Positions 28,246 through 39,921 of a DNA stretch of 64,000 nt are shown here, one piece after another. Below the pieces are notes generated by a model. The model saw only the letters and a program-made list of their open reading frames with translations, did no database searches and was not told the origin of the DNA. The position numbers were made by a program, and so were the translations under genes. Position 1 is the first letter of the stretch. Every line of letters begins with the position of its first letter. This DNA is from Monocercomonoides exilis PA203 (Eukaryota; Protista; Preaxostyla): contig LSRY02000041.1 in assembly GCA_001643675.2 (NCBI GenBank), positions 806,001 to 870,000 on the forward strand, given 5' to 3'.

Positions 28246-30525
28246 TTCAAATAAACACTTGTATATATTTTTCCCCTTCTCTTTCCTCCTCCCTCCACAA
28301 ACCAAATACTGCTCAAACGCAATGGCTGCATAGATCAAAAACGCACTTCCAATTTTCCACCAGCCAAACAAGAAAAATGCGAAGGACAAAGAAATAAACA
28401 GCCATTTTGTTGAGACAAACGCACAAAGCTCCAAAAGACAGAAGGAAGGAAGACACAAAGGATAGTCTTTGCAGAAGGGTGTGCTTAAGGGAAATGATGG
28501 GGTGGATGAAGGAGAGGAGGAGGAGGGAGAGGAAGACGAAGAGGAAGAAGAGGAGGAAGAAGATGAGGAAGAAGATGAGGAAGATGAGGAAGAAGAAGAT
28601 GATGGTGATGATGATGATGACAATGTAGTGGGTGTGGATGCAGATGTAGATTGTGATTGTGATGAATGTGTAGTTGTTGATGATGGCGATGCCATCGCAG
28701 CTAATGTGGATTGTGACAATGTTTCAGATGAAGAAGAAGAAGAAGAAGAATGAGGATGAGAAGATGAAGAACTTGCAGCAGATAAAACAGAAGGAGAAGA
28801 AGAAGAAGACAATGAATTCGTTCTCTTCACTCTCCAAAACGGCTTTCTCTCGTTCTTCACCCTCTCCTTCTCCTTCTCCTTCTCTCTCTCTTTCTCTTTC
28901 CTCCTCCTCTCCTCTTTCTCCTCCTCCTTCCTTCTCAGCTCCTCCTCCCACACGCTGTCTCTCTCCGCCATCTTCTTCTTGATCGCCAGCCACAACAGCA
29001 GCCCCATCGCCACACAGTCCCCCACACAAAACCCAAACACTTTCTTCATCCTGCTCAGCTGTCTTTCAGGTGACTCATACCTCCCAACTTTCAAGTCACG
29101 CAGCGTCAGAAGCAGAACAAACGTGAGGAGCGCCATCGAAGGCAGATACAAGTCGGGTGTGCAATGGTCGCATCCTGGTGGAATACGGCTGAAAATGCGC
29201 TTGCTGTGTGAAGAGGGTTCGCTTTCTTCGGAAGGTGTGGAAGGAGAAGATGGATGTGAAGACGATTGCATAGACATCTTTGAGGAGGAGATTCTGTTTT
29301 CCTTTGAAGCTTGCAGAGTGCTACTTTGATTTGTTGGCTTGTTCTCTGTTTTTTTCTCTGCTTTGTTCTCTTTTGTATCTTTTATCTGACAATTTCCTTT
29401 GTTTTTCTTCTCCTTTCCTTCTCCAGCAGTTTCATCTGCCTCGTATCTGTTTTCTTCATCTTCTTCGTCGTCACATCCAGTTTTCCGCCTCCAATCATCG
29501 TCCTTCAAAAACACAGCTGGTGTCAGCAGTAGCTTCACCCGCTGCAAAAGCGAAGAGATGTTCGTGTGGAACAAGAAGCGAGCTTCAAACAGCAGCAGCG
29601 TCAGAAAGGAGAGCCAGTTGGATGATTTCGGCGGGATGTTTGGGAGTGAAGAGGTGTGCTGTGAAATGTGTGTGAGAGACGTGGCGGCGGACGTAGGCAT
29701 AGGAGACGATGCGGATGCGCTCGACTTTGTCAAATACGAATCCATCATGTTTACCAGAAATGCTTCAAAGGGATGGCTACTTTGGGTCTGGATTATGATT
29801 GTCGTCTGAGGAGCTATTTGACTCGGGTTCGAAGTACGTGCATGCGAAGTCAAAGAGTTAAATGTCATGTTTAGTGTAGGTTGTGGAGAATGAAGGCTTT
29901 CTGGATGGTTATTGTTATCATCAGGTCCCTGTTCCTGTACTCTTTCGCGAAGAAACTGTTCTTCATTATTGTTGGTGATGTTCGTTTGCTTGTTTGTTTG
30001 TTTTTCATTTATACTTCGAGTGGAAGCAGAAGAGGAAGTTAAAGGCTGGGGATGGATAGAAATAGTTTCTAAAGTTGGGGAAGCATCGTCTTTGCATTGA
30101 GTTGAATGTTGAGAACTTAAGACAGGAGAGCGGTGATTCAGCAAAGTCATAACTTGAGGATCTTCAACAGAACTTGACGATGAACCCTTTACTGCAGCAA
30201 AAGGAGAGCGAGGCTCTTCGACAGAAAAGGATGCAGAAGTACTTGAAGAAAGCCCAAAAAAGGGAGACATCTGCGACACTGGAATTGCAGCACGTGTTTT
30301 TGGAAGCGTTCTTGCTGAAGAATCATTTGAAAAAGTGTTATGACGTGATTTTGGAGGAGGTAGTGTTGCAAATCCGTCCTTTACAGATGTCTCTTTGCGA
30401 GATTGATTCTTCAATGTTGCAAAGTTCGGAAACTACAAATTTTGAACAGAAAAAAATCATGTTTTTTATTAAAGCAATTGGCTTATTATCAGAAGTGTAA
30501 AAACTTCGTTGCATACTTGATTCAT
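27523..30525 (-). CDS. YIF1: Yif1/YIPF-family ER-Golgi membrane protein with low-complexity expansions; exons 30525-30517 (tentative), 30432-28303, 27885-27523
   Basis: Yif1-like motifs: LLQRVKLLLTP..KDDDWRR, PDLYLPSMALLTFVLL, LLELCAFVSTKWLFI, YLVKTI, C-terminal IEQPLVLILIVVWGL. Phase-0 GT-AG introns 30516-30433 and 28302-27886. Confidence 0.75.
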
Positions 30526-31346
30526 CTCCAAAGGAAATCGAAAAAATACTTTTATAACCTTAATATTTTTACAAGACAAAAATTTGGTGAAAATCAAACT
30601 GTTGAGAAAAAGTTATTTTTTTAAAAAAAATTATCTTTATCTGTTAATAAAAATTTTTCTTATTTTCAAATTGATAATAACGCTGTTAATATCAATTCAT
30701 TTCTTTATATGAATTTCATAATAGTTTTGAAAACTGAATACAATAAAATAATGTTAAAACTTTAATTCTTGATATAAGAATTTGATTGTTTTTTAAAAAG
30801 AAAAATAATAAAAATAAACAAATGAAACACTGCTTGAGTTAGATTTGCAATATTCGTTAATAAGGTTATAAAATGGCAAAATAATTATCAACTTGATTGA
30901 AATTTCATGGATTGCGTGCACAAAAGCGAAATAAAATATTTTTTTTGCAACTTATTGGTATTGTTCAATTAAGTAGTTATTATTTTCAAAAGTGGTTATT
31001 TTCATTTAACATCATCATTTAGAAAGTGTAGTTTTGAAAATATTTCTTTTTTGTAGTGAAAAATAATTGTTTTCTGTTTCTTCGAATTTTTCATGTTGTT
31101 GTTATTTATGAATTCAATTTTGAAAATCGTTTTGTGTTCATTAAAATTTCTTGAAAAAAATGAAAATTATCTTTATAATCGTTCAAAAAGATATTTTTCA
31201 AAAAACAAAAAAGAATATTTAGACAAGAAATTGTAATTGAAATAAGATAAATCGTTAACCTTTTTCATAATATCGAAACGAGAAATGAAACCAATGATAA
31301 TCATTTTATAAGTAATAGTGGGATATATTTGATCAGAAAATCAAAG

Positions 31347-33287
31347 ATGCATCACAGAATTCCAAAAAAGAGAGTAAACAAAAAAATAAATCAATTTGAA
31401 GAGAAAGTTCTTGTGGTTAATAATATTATAACGAAACTGGCAAAGGATGAAGATTCAATTTTGCAGAATTTTGAGGAGATAATATTTTTTATACATAATA
31501 CACCAATTTATATGATAGAAGAAGAAACTTTTCAAAATCTTCTTTGTTGCATAAAATCAAAAATTTCTACTGAAAGTTGGGAATCAACAGAATTGGATGA
31601 ATTATATGAATTCTTGAAGAAATTAACAGATATTTATTATTTAGCGCACATTTTCAAAATTAAAAGCAATTCTCCAAAAGCCAATTCACAAATTAAAGAA
31701 GATCCAATTTTGGAGCACATTAAGAATTTTTTTAATCTTCCTCAGAGAGTAATTGAAGCGAAAAAGGTAAAACTAAAGAAATTAGCACTTCTGAATGTCA
31801 AAAGCTTTTTGTTGATGTATCTTGCTTCATTCCCTTCAGTTGAACTATCTTCAATTGCAATAGCAAGTATTGAGCCAGAATTTAATTTGCAGCAGACATT
31901 GAACATTGATGATATTGAAGACTCACTTTTTTACATGGAGCAGTTTCCATTCGATCATCAATATCAGCAATATAGGTCAAATAGCATCATTCCATTAGTG
32001 ATTAACATCTTGAAGACTAAAGTTGATCAACTGTCTCCGAAAGGCATCTGCAGTTGCGTTGGAATTCTTGCGCATTATTCGACTGTAAACAGAAAAGCTG
32101 TGAAAGATTTTCTTCTCGAGAACGAATTACTGGAATTATTGGAATCTATTTTTTCACGCTGCACAAAAAAGGCAAAGGAAGTTTTCGCTCAGCGCAAGAT
32201 TATTATGAAAGAAGCGGTGCAAATTAAACATGAAGAATGTGTACCATTAAACAAAAAGGAATTTATGAGAAAATACTTCAATTCAAGGCCAACAAAATTG
32301 CCACCTAATTTAGACAAAAATCGAAAGAAAAAGAAATATAGTGATGAAGTCGAAGCCAAAAGCAAACATCAACATCAACCAGATGAAAAAGCAAGTAATG
32401 ATTTATCCAAAGAAAAACTCCCTTCTAGCAAGTTGGATCTTCCTCGATGGTCGTTGGAAGCCAGCAGCGTGCGCTGGACAGTACTGAGTGCGCTGATGCA
32501 ACTTCGTCATTTTGTCTTGTCGTTTGATGATGTGCTCCCAGAAATTCTGCAACACGAGCCGCTTCACAAGAGACTGATGAGCCCGTACTGTTTGTTTGAT
32601 GAAGTGAGTAAAGATCATGAGAATTTATCTTCATCGCCTTCTTCATCTCCTTCTTCATCTCCTTCTTCATCTCCTTCTTCATCTCCTTCTTCATCTCCTT
32701 CTTTAGACCTTCCGATTTTATCATCAAATTCAATTGAACCTTTCGGAAATGCTTCCAAAAGTATTTCTGCTTTGAGCGAGACTGAAACAATTAATTCGTC
32801 TTCGAGTAACAAAGCGTCGCCTCGAGAACTTTTATATCACTTTTGTTCTCTCAAAGACATTGAAACAATCTGCAGCGCGCTTGTGGCCATATACTCCAGG
32901 TGCTTTCGGAGCGGAGGTTTCGAAGCGATGAAGAAAACGATTGAAATTAGGTGGTACAGCCAGTTTATTACCGTAGGACTGGGAGTGGATATCCAGTTTC
33001 ATTCTGTCTCAGTCAGCACACTGAACTTTCTGGGTTCGCACTTCTCGCTCGTTGGACGGATGCTAAATGAGTCTAGGGGAGAAGGGAATGCTAAAGAACT
33101 TGCCGATCTTTATCGAAGAGAAATAATTGAGTCTGGACTGGAGGATCTTCTATGGGCAATGGACAATAGCGTCAGCAAAGTGAAGAGGAGGGTAAGGCTA
33201 ATTATGAAAGTTTGGACTTATTTCGAGTTTATGCTCACTGTGAACGTAGAAATAGGAAATGCTGAGTTTGCAAGGGATGACGAGTGA
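31347..33287 (+). CDS. Hypothetical protein (about 646 aa, alpha-helical/ARM-like) with an SSSP tandem repeat
   Basis: Long unbroken ORF, first ATG at 31347; 12-bp TCTTCATCTCCT repeat around 32628-32702. Confidence 0.75.
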   Translation: MHHRIPKKRVNKKINQFEEKVLVVNNIITKLAKDEDSILQNFEEIIFFIHNTPIYMIEEETFQNLLCCIKSKISTESWESTELDELYEFLKKLTDIYYLAHIFKIKSNSPKANSQIKEDPILEHIKNFFNLPQRVIEAKKVKLKKLALLNVKSFLLMYLASFPSVELSSIAIASIEPEFNLQQTLNIDDIEDSLFYMEQFPFDHQYQQYRSNSIIPLVINILKTKVDQLSPKGICSCVGILAHYSTVNRKAVKDFLLENELLELLESIFSRCTKKAKEVFAQRKIIMKEAVQIKHEECVPLNKKEFMRKYFNSRPTKLPPNLDKNRKKKKYSDEVEAKSKHQHQPDEKASNDLSKEKLPSSKLDLPRWSLEASSVRWTVLSALMQLRHFVLSFDDVLPEILQHEPLHKRLMSPYCLFDEVSKDHENLSSSPSSSPSSSPSSSPSSSPSSSPSLDLPILSSNSIEPFGNASKSISALSETETINSSSSNKASPRELLYHFCSLKDIETICSALVAIYSRCFRSGGFEAMKKTIEIRWYSQFITVGLGVDIQFHSVSVSTLNFLGSHFSLVGRMLNESRGEGNAKELADLYRREIIESGLEDLLWAMDNSVSKVKRRVRLIMKVWTYFEFMLTVNVEIGNAEFARDDE

Positions 33288-34504
33288 TTTCGAAGACGAG
33301 ATGCTTTTAAAAACAGTTTTTCATTCGAAAATTTGGAAAATGCAAAAAACAATTTAATGACTTGTGAATTGATGGAAGTTGCAATTCAGACATTGAAAAT
33401 ACGTAATCTTGTTAAAATGGCTCATTTGCAGGTATTGATTGGATTGCAGAAAAAATGCATTTGTCTGTGTATTTTTTTTGTTCACAGAATTTTTTATGAT
33501 GTTCATACTTTTACCTCTTAGCTGTAATGTGCATATACAGTTTGCTTATTTTGAAATTTATTTGCTTTGTTTTGTTTGTAATCTTATTTTTTGTTGTTAT
33601 TTTCGATCATGAGTTAAAAGTTGAATGTTAACTTTGATCTGAACAAACTGTAATTCACCTTTGAGCCAAATATGTTAAAAACAAAACAAAAATTCGCTCG
33701 AACAAAAATTTATCGATATTTTACGTATTTGAGCATTTATTTTTTAATTTATTCATTTTTATTCAAGTTTCTGTCTTTCTTTCTTTCTTTCTTGAGTTCG
33801 CGTAGTTCTTAATATATATTGTTTTGTTTTGTTTAAAGTTTTCTTTTAAGACTTATTTTATTGTATATATAGTCGGTGACAAAACTCGGTACAGGGATAC
33901 AACCCTGGACAATTGGAACAGGTTATTTGCAAAAAGGTGTATACAAGATAGAATGCGAAAACTGCTTTGTTTTTTGTTGTGAATAAATTAACAGTAAAGA
34001 TAAAATGATTTCAAATGGAGAAATTCAAAAATCCGAAATGATGCAACTGAAATATTGATTAATAACGAAAACAATTATAAAAAGAATAATTAGAAGTTTT
34101 ATAAAGAAGTGACAAGTTTGTTTCACTGTGAACAATTGCATTGTTTTACTTATTAAAAGTTATGAACCGAAACAAAATATTGATCAATAAGCACTTTTGC
34201 GAGTGAATTTTTTTTCCCCTTTTATCAATGATAAACAGTGCATTTTCAATAAAAAATTTTCTGATAGCGTTTTATAAACTTTTTCTGTTTCAAAAAATTT
34301 TCAAGTCGCTTCATCTCATGCAATTGTTTTCTTTACATATTTATGAGTTTCAACTCTTTCTGTATCTTCTGGAATTGAAGACCTATTGTTCGTAATATTT
34401 GATGATTCGTTTTCACTTCATTTCTAAATATTGCGTTTCATTGAAGAACCTGAAGTTAAACTTTTCCTCTTTATTTCCAATTAAATGGAAAAGTTGATAT
34501 AAGT

Positions 34505-36015
34505 GGGCGATATGGGAGTTTTCAAAACTCAATTAAACTAAGTTTTTAGTTCATTACATGGTTTTCAATCATCATTATTTATGTTTATTATCGATGGAAA
34601 TGTGTATGGATAAAATAATAAAAAAATGAAAAAATATTAAAAAATTAAGAATAGTTCAATATCTGATGTATTTTCTTCTTATGTCCAAAGCCCTGATGAA
34701 TAATCATCAGTTTCATCACCTCCCATAATATCTTCAATTTGAGGGATTTCTGAATCTTCATCTTTGACTTCCTCTTCATCAAGATCTTCTGCTGGCTTTT
34801 CTACTGCTTTGCACTTGACGATAGAAGGTGAAATATCTTGAAATTTAAATTTCAAAGAAGTTTTAACCAGAAACATAGCTAAATGATCTGCAATCAAAGT
34901 TTTTCTCACTCCATACTGAGGGAATGATTGCGCAATGTTCCCCACAAGCCCTCTATCGTGTTGGCGCATGCACCTGAAACAGGATCAACAAAATTTCTTT
35001 ATCACAAACAGTTTTATGAATGTTATTGTATTGATCCAAAGTGGAGAATGCTTTTCACTCGTCGCTCATGATTGTTGATCGGAGCTGGATTGTTTCTCAA
35101 ACGATAGGAATAAGAGTTTCCATCTTTCTGTTAGGAACGATTTTCACAAAACGAAAACCAGCTCCGCCTCCATCCAACCTCTCAACCCCACCAAATATCC
35201 AAATTTGTTCCTTTCTTCTTCCTCTCTTATAATTTCTTCTCCTCCACACAGCCTCATCAATTTCTACAACTTTTCCTTCTCCTCCTATTGGATTTTGATG
35301 TAAATTCCAAATTTCCATGCATGAAACTCTAACGACACTGCACCAAAATCCAATATTTTCCTATGAAATCCCAGCATTTTCGAAATGAACTTTATTTTTG
35401 TGCATCCCCAATAATACAAAATGGTTCTAAAAATCTTTTCCAACCCTAATTTATTCCCAGAGAAAACTGTTTCATCATATACTAATTTCCTTCTGTTGCA
35501 TTTTGAACAGTAGAAATATCTGCAAAACTTTTCTCCTTTTGGAATAGATATTTTTCTTCAACAACGGATGCAAATTTTCGATTCGTTTTCCAAAATATTT
35601 TCGTTAAGCCACCTCCACGCTCCGTCTTCGTCTGTGAAAACATTATCCAGCTGATGAGGCATAATTATCTGAAGATCCAGCATTGCCATTTCAATGTAAC
35701 AATTTTGATCACAACCCATGATAACTAAAAATCAACATTCTTCATTAAAAATGTGACGAAATATTTGACTTCAGATATTTTCATTAATAAATAATGCACG
35801 CAATAAGAACTTTTAGTGATCATAAAAATGCAATTTAAATGGTATCGTTTTTTTGCATTCTTGGAATGTAACAAAACTTCTTGATATAACAACTATAAGA
35901 TTTGTTTGCAGATATGAAAATCCTATTTCTTTTTTGATCTGAGAAAGATTTATAAAGTTATTTGCGAAAAAAAAATGTGATGATTCGTGCAAAAAAAGCT
36001 TGAAAGTCCATAATC

Positions 36016-36047
<32 letters not shown>

Positions 36048-36170
36048 TTAAAAAAAAAAAATTTAAATTATGGATTTCCAATGATTATTAGCATGAATGA
36101 TGATGTTTTCTAATCATATAAATTACAATATAATAATTTTAAAGGAGTTTTGAAAACTCCCATATTGCAC
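34505..36170 (-). mobile_element. Decayed Merlin (IS1595/ISXO2-like) DNA transposon
   Basis: 26-bp TIRs GGGCGATATGGGAGTTTTCAAAACTC (34505-34530) and GAGTTTTGAAAACTCCCATATTGCAC (36145-36170), 2 mismatches, enclosing a broken ISXO2-type transposase. No clear TSD. Confidence 0.85.
34679..35689 (-). pseudogene. ISXO2/IS1595-family DDE transposase, disrupted by a stop and frameshifts
   Basis: GGEGKVVEIDE, GRRKEQIWIFGGVER, VPNRKMETL, SDEWKAF, FVDPVSGA..NTIEGLW and LIADHLAMF lie in different frames; N-terminal CxxC..CxxC Zn ribbon is interrupted by TGA. Confidence 0.85.
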
Positions 36171-36629
36171 TCATATACAGAAAAGTTTACACATGAATCA
36201 TCTTTTCATTTAAATTTCATTCTGATGTTACTCGAAAATGATGTATCGTCTGTTTTTATTACAATCATAGAAAGGGCTTTAATGTTCTGCGGAAGAAACC
36301 AATTAACTGCAAAAGGGTCAAATTGATAAATTCCTCATGCTTTGAATGACTTTCTCACAATTTTGGGAGAGAGAGTCACAAACAGCTTCTGATACTGTTG
36401 GTATTAACAATTTCCGGAAAGAAGAGTTAGACGAGTTTGATAAAACCGAGAATGCTCTTTTCAAGCTATTTTTGAAATGCACGAACACAAACCTGTCCAG
36501 TGGTAGATTCAAATGTGTCGCGTGTGACGGAAGAATCAACAAATGGATGAAATGTTTTCTGCAACAAGATATTTCTGTAAATCTGAAGATAGAAAAATGC
36601 TTATAAAGTATTATCAAGGCAAAGGAAGA

Positions 36630-36775
36630 TGGGACAAAATTTTTTGTTTTGCGAATTTTGTTCCGCACAGTTCTTTTATAGAATTTTCTCGTTTTTTTTA
36701 TTTTCATATTTAATATTGCACAACAGCGTTGGAATAATAATCATATAATTGCAGAAAAAGTTTGGAACAAATCAT
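36630..36775 (-). repeat. Dispersed about 150-170-bp AT-rich repeat, copy 1
   Basis: Shares GATTTGTTCCAAACTTTTT..GGAACAAAATTCGCAAA blocks with the copies at 36.9, 40.1 and 61.8 kb. Confidence 0.6.
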
Positions 36776-36910
36776 TGAAATTTTCTTAAATGAAAGAATT
36801 CTGTCACAGATCGTAAATTAAGCTCATCTCTTTTCTCTTTTCTTTTTGGGAACAAAATCTCGATCATTACTTTTTCATAATCTCTTATTGTCATCCAGCC
36901 AGTACCATTT

Positions 36911-37082
36911 GGGAACTAATTTTTTGCTTTGTGAATTTTGTTCCATTCTTCACTTTCAAAAATTTTTATTATTATATAAAATGTTCTTCTTTTTTTTTTC
37001 ATGAAAATGAAAAACTTTTGATGATAAGGCTGCAGAATAAGTTTGGAGCAAATCGTTGTTTTGTTCATAAATGCTAGAATTT
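36911..37082 (-). repeat. Dispersed about 170-bp repeat, copy 2
   Basis: Aligns by eye to 40140-40290 (inverted) and 61847-62015 (direct). Confidence 0.65.
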
Positions 37083-37265
37083 TGCCCCATATGAAATCGT
37101 TGTTCATAATTAAATATTTAATATGATTAATAACTTACAGAGAAAAAAATTACCCCATGAATAAATAATTTTCATTTTTGTAACATTTATTTGCAAATGA
37201 GTGTTTTGCTCCAAATCTTACGACATTTTTTTAATTTATAAAACAAAAACTAACTCATTGTTCAA

Positions 37266-38740
37266 TTACTTTGAAGTCGAAAGCGGTATTTCACAGAGAG
37301 AGCAGAGCGATATTGCCCTCGATCTTACAAATTGATCAGAATGCGAAGTTAACTCGATTAGTCGCCGCGGAACAACATTCTCTTTCACTTTGCTAATTGT
37401 AGAAAGTGTTCCTAATACAAAAACAAGAGTGCAAATGAACCAACAATATTTAAAGAATATAATAAAAAAATCAATCAATAAGAAAGTTTATTATAAATGC
37501 AACAGCAAAATGAAGACGAATATACAAGAATAAAATCGTGGTTAGAGAACAAATTTTAAACATAATAAAAATAAAAACAACCTTCAGAAATCAAATTGAT
37601 AAGGAGCTGAATTGAATGACGGAGTGTGAAAGTATCTGTAGTATTCCTGTTGTTTACCAAAAAAAAATTTTTTTTTCACAATTAAAATAAAAATGCAATC
37701 CAAAACATACATATACACTCGTTTCAGAACGGATAGAAAATCATCCATTAATATCAATGCATGATTTTCTGAAGAAAAGAAACATAAATAGTTTCAGCAG
37801 AAGCATAATTACGAAATAAAAGTGAATCGCTATGAAAACATATGTTAATACTGATAACTATTAACAAACCTTCAACAACAGCCATCAGCCTCAATCTCAT
37901 TAGAGCCATCCTAACCTGAAAATCCTCCCCATTTTCAACCAGCTTCTTTAATATTACCACTGCACCTTGTGTCTGTTCATTGGCTGCTTTCCCCTGAAGC
38001 ATTGCCCCAACGCACAACGCGGCTGCGTGCTTATATCCCAACAAAACATCTTCCTCATTCATAAGATTAACCAATAAAGCATCAGCTCCACAATTTCGAA
38101 GAGAGTTCCCCAAAGGATGTTCAGTTCCATCCTTTCTGGATTCGTGCTCTGACAGAAGATTGTTAATTGCGTAAACTCCATGACCTTTAGCCTCCAATTC
38201 GTCGTTTTTTAGTAATCCTACACAAACATCCAATATTCCCATATCAAGTAATTTTGATGTATCTGCTTTAGATGCACGAAACACCATTTTGTCAAGAGCC
38301 CCAGTTTTCCATATAGGAGCATTTGAAGGATCCTTTTTAAGTTCAAATATTATATGTTCCGCAAGTGGAGTTTTAACAGCATCAGAAACACAAGCTTCTT
38401 CTTCATCGAAAATCTGCGTTATCAACTTATAAATATTCTTAACAAAATCTTCATCTTGAAGAGCTTGTAATAACAATGAAAACGTTTTGAAAAGTTCTTC
38501 AGCTTTAATTCCTTTGAGATGAGAAAAGTGCTTTTCAAAAAAGTTATTGAGAAGATCAAGAGACATCCTAATCATTTTCAATCCAATATCAGAAGATAAA
38601 AGCCTTCAAAAATAAGCAAAAAAAAATCCATAGAAAAGCTCAATTATCAAAAGATCAAACTCTTCGCAAAGAAATAACTGCGTGGATGAGGAGAGCTCAT
38701 CTACAAGTTCATTGACTTTTTTTAAATCGGAAAATATCAT
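37266..38740 (-). CDS. ARM/HEAT-repeat helical protein, about 5 exons
   Basis: ATG 38740 (MIFSDLKKVNELVDELSS..) splices in frame to ORF 37754-38581 (LLDMGILDVCVGLL, GADALLVNLM, AALCVGAML). Two further small exons lead to the terminal exon GTLSTISKVKENVVPRRLIELTSHSDQFVRSRA..* at 37266. Confidence 0.7.
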
Positions 38741-39072
38741 TTAAATTAAAAATGTTTTCAAAAAGAATTTTAAAATCCAGCTCATACAAGTTGAAATTAC
38801 AGAATTTTGTACTTCCATTTTTCATTCAATTATATAATTCTTATTTTGATCAAATTGGAAACGTTCTCACAAACAATTTTATGATTCAATAAGAACAATA
38901 CTTTCCTTTAATATTTTATTATTCTTTTAATTGATAATTTCAAAAAAAAAAATAATTTGTTATTATTAATTCTCCCTAATGCAATGTTTAACAATGCAAG
39001 GTATGAAAAAGAAAATATATTAAAAAAAAAATAATATCTATCTTTTATTGCATCAATATGTTGCAATTTGAT

Positions 39073-39921
39073 TTACAAGCATTTCATCTGTGGTCCATAG
39101 ACTTGGTTCTCAATTCCGCAATGGTTTGATCCACGGAGAATCTTGAAGTGTCCTTTCTCTCCCCATGCTGGTCCCCATGAGTTCTGGCACAACCAGTATG
39201 GTGTGTTGTCCTCTACACCCCATCCAATGCACAAAACAGCGTGTCCACCAGCAACACCTCCCGTTTTGTGAACATAGACACCGCTCTTGTAGTTCATAAA
39301 GTCATAGTAGACTGTGAATGCAACTGAAAGAGGACCATTTTCATAAAGCTCCTGTTGCATTTGGCTTGCGGTAAAGTGAGTGAATGATTGTGATTTTGTT
39401 CTCACAATTGTTGATCCATTAACACATTTTGCTGGGCAAGCTGGAACACGTCCACCTCCAGATTGATATGGCATGCATTCCTCATTTGTGACTCCGTGGC
39501 TCTTTGTCCATGCCCATGCTTTATCCATGTATCCTCCATTGCATCCCATATCGGTTGTGTCGCATGAAACGAGATCTTGTGGAGACATGTGTCCACGCCC
39601 GCATCCAATGATTGAGAGACGGTCGCCCATGGTCTCAGCAACTGAGAAAGCCCAGCATGATCCGCATGAAGCTTGGTCACGGACTGGAAGAATTTGTTCG
39701 GGCCATTGTTCGCGGGCATCGAAATTTTCTGGGAGAGCGTTGTCGGATTCGTATGTTCTTTCTTCATATTCCTCAACATGTGTTCCTAAGCGAGCGAGGA
39801 ATTTTGCACGAGTGATCACAGATGCTGGGTATTCAACTGCAACCCATGTTGATGATGGATCGTTGTTGACTGTTTCAACTATAGATTCAGCTAAAACTGA
39901 AGCAAAAAGAAGGAAAAACAT
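39073..39921 (-). CDS. Cathepsin B-like cysteine protease (papain C1A), intronless, with signal peptide, lacking the occluding loop
   Basis: MFFLLFASVLA signal; LPENFDAREQWP; QASCGSCWAF (Gln, catalytic Cys); GCNGG; GGHAV (His); WLCQNSWG (Asn); NHCGIE. Confidence 0.95.
   Translation of the reverse strand: MFFLLFASVLAESIVETVNNDPSSTWVAVEYPASVITRAKFLARLGTHVEEYEERTYESDNALPENFDAREQWPEQILPVRDQASCGSCWAFSVAETMGDRLSIIGCGRGHMSPQDLVSCDTTDMGCNGGYMDKAWAWTKSHGVTNEECMPYQSGGGRVPACPAKCVNGSTIVRTKSQSFTHFTASQMQQELYENGPLSVAFTVYYDFMNYKSGVYVHKTGGVAGGHAVLCIGWGVEDNTPYWLCQNSWGPAWGEKGHFKILRGSNHCGIENQVYGPQMKCL

Noticed and set aside
33868-33925. TA-GTCGGTGACAAAA Tc1-like end with a CAGGG..CCCTG hairpin
   Set aside because: No partner TIR or transposase found; too short to call a TE or ncRNA.
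36346-36606. 86-aa plus-strand ORF with CxxC
   Set aside because: No recognisable family or convincing gene structure; it may be a fragment but is unsupported.
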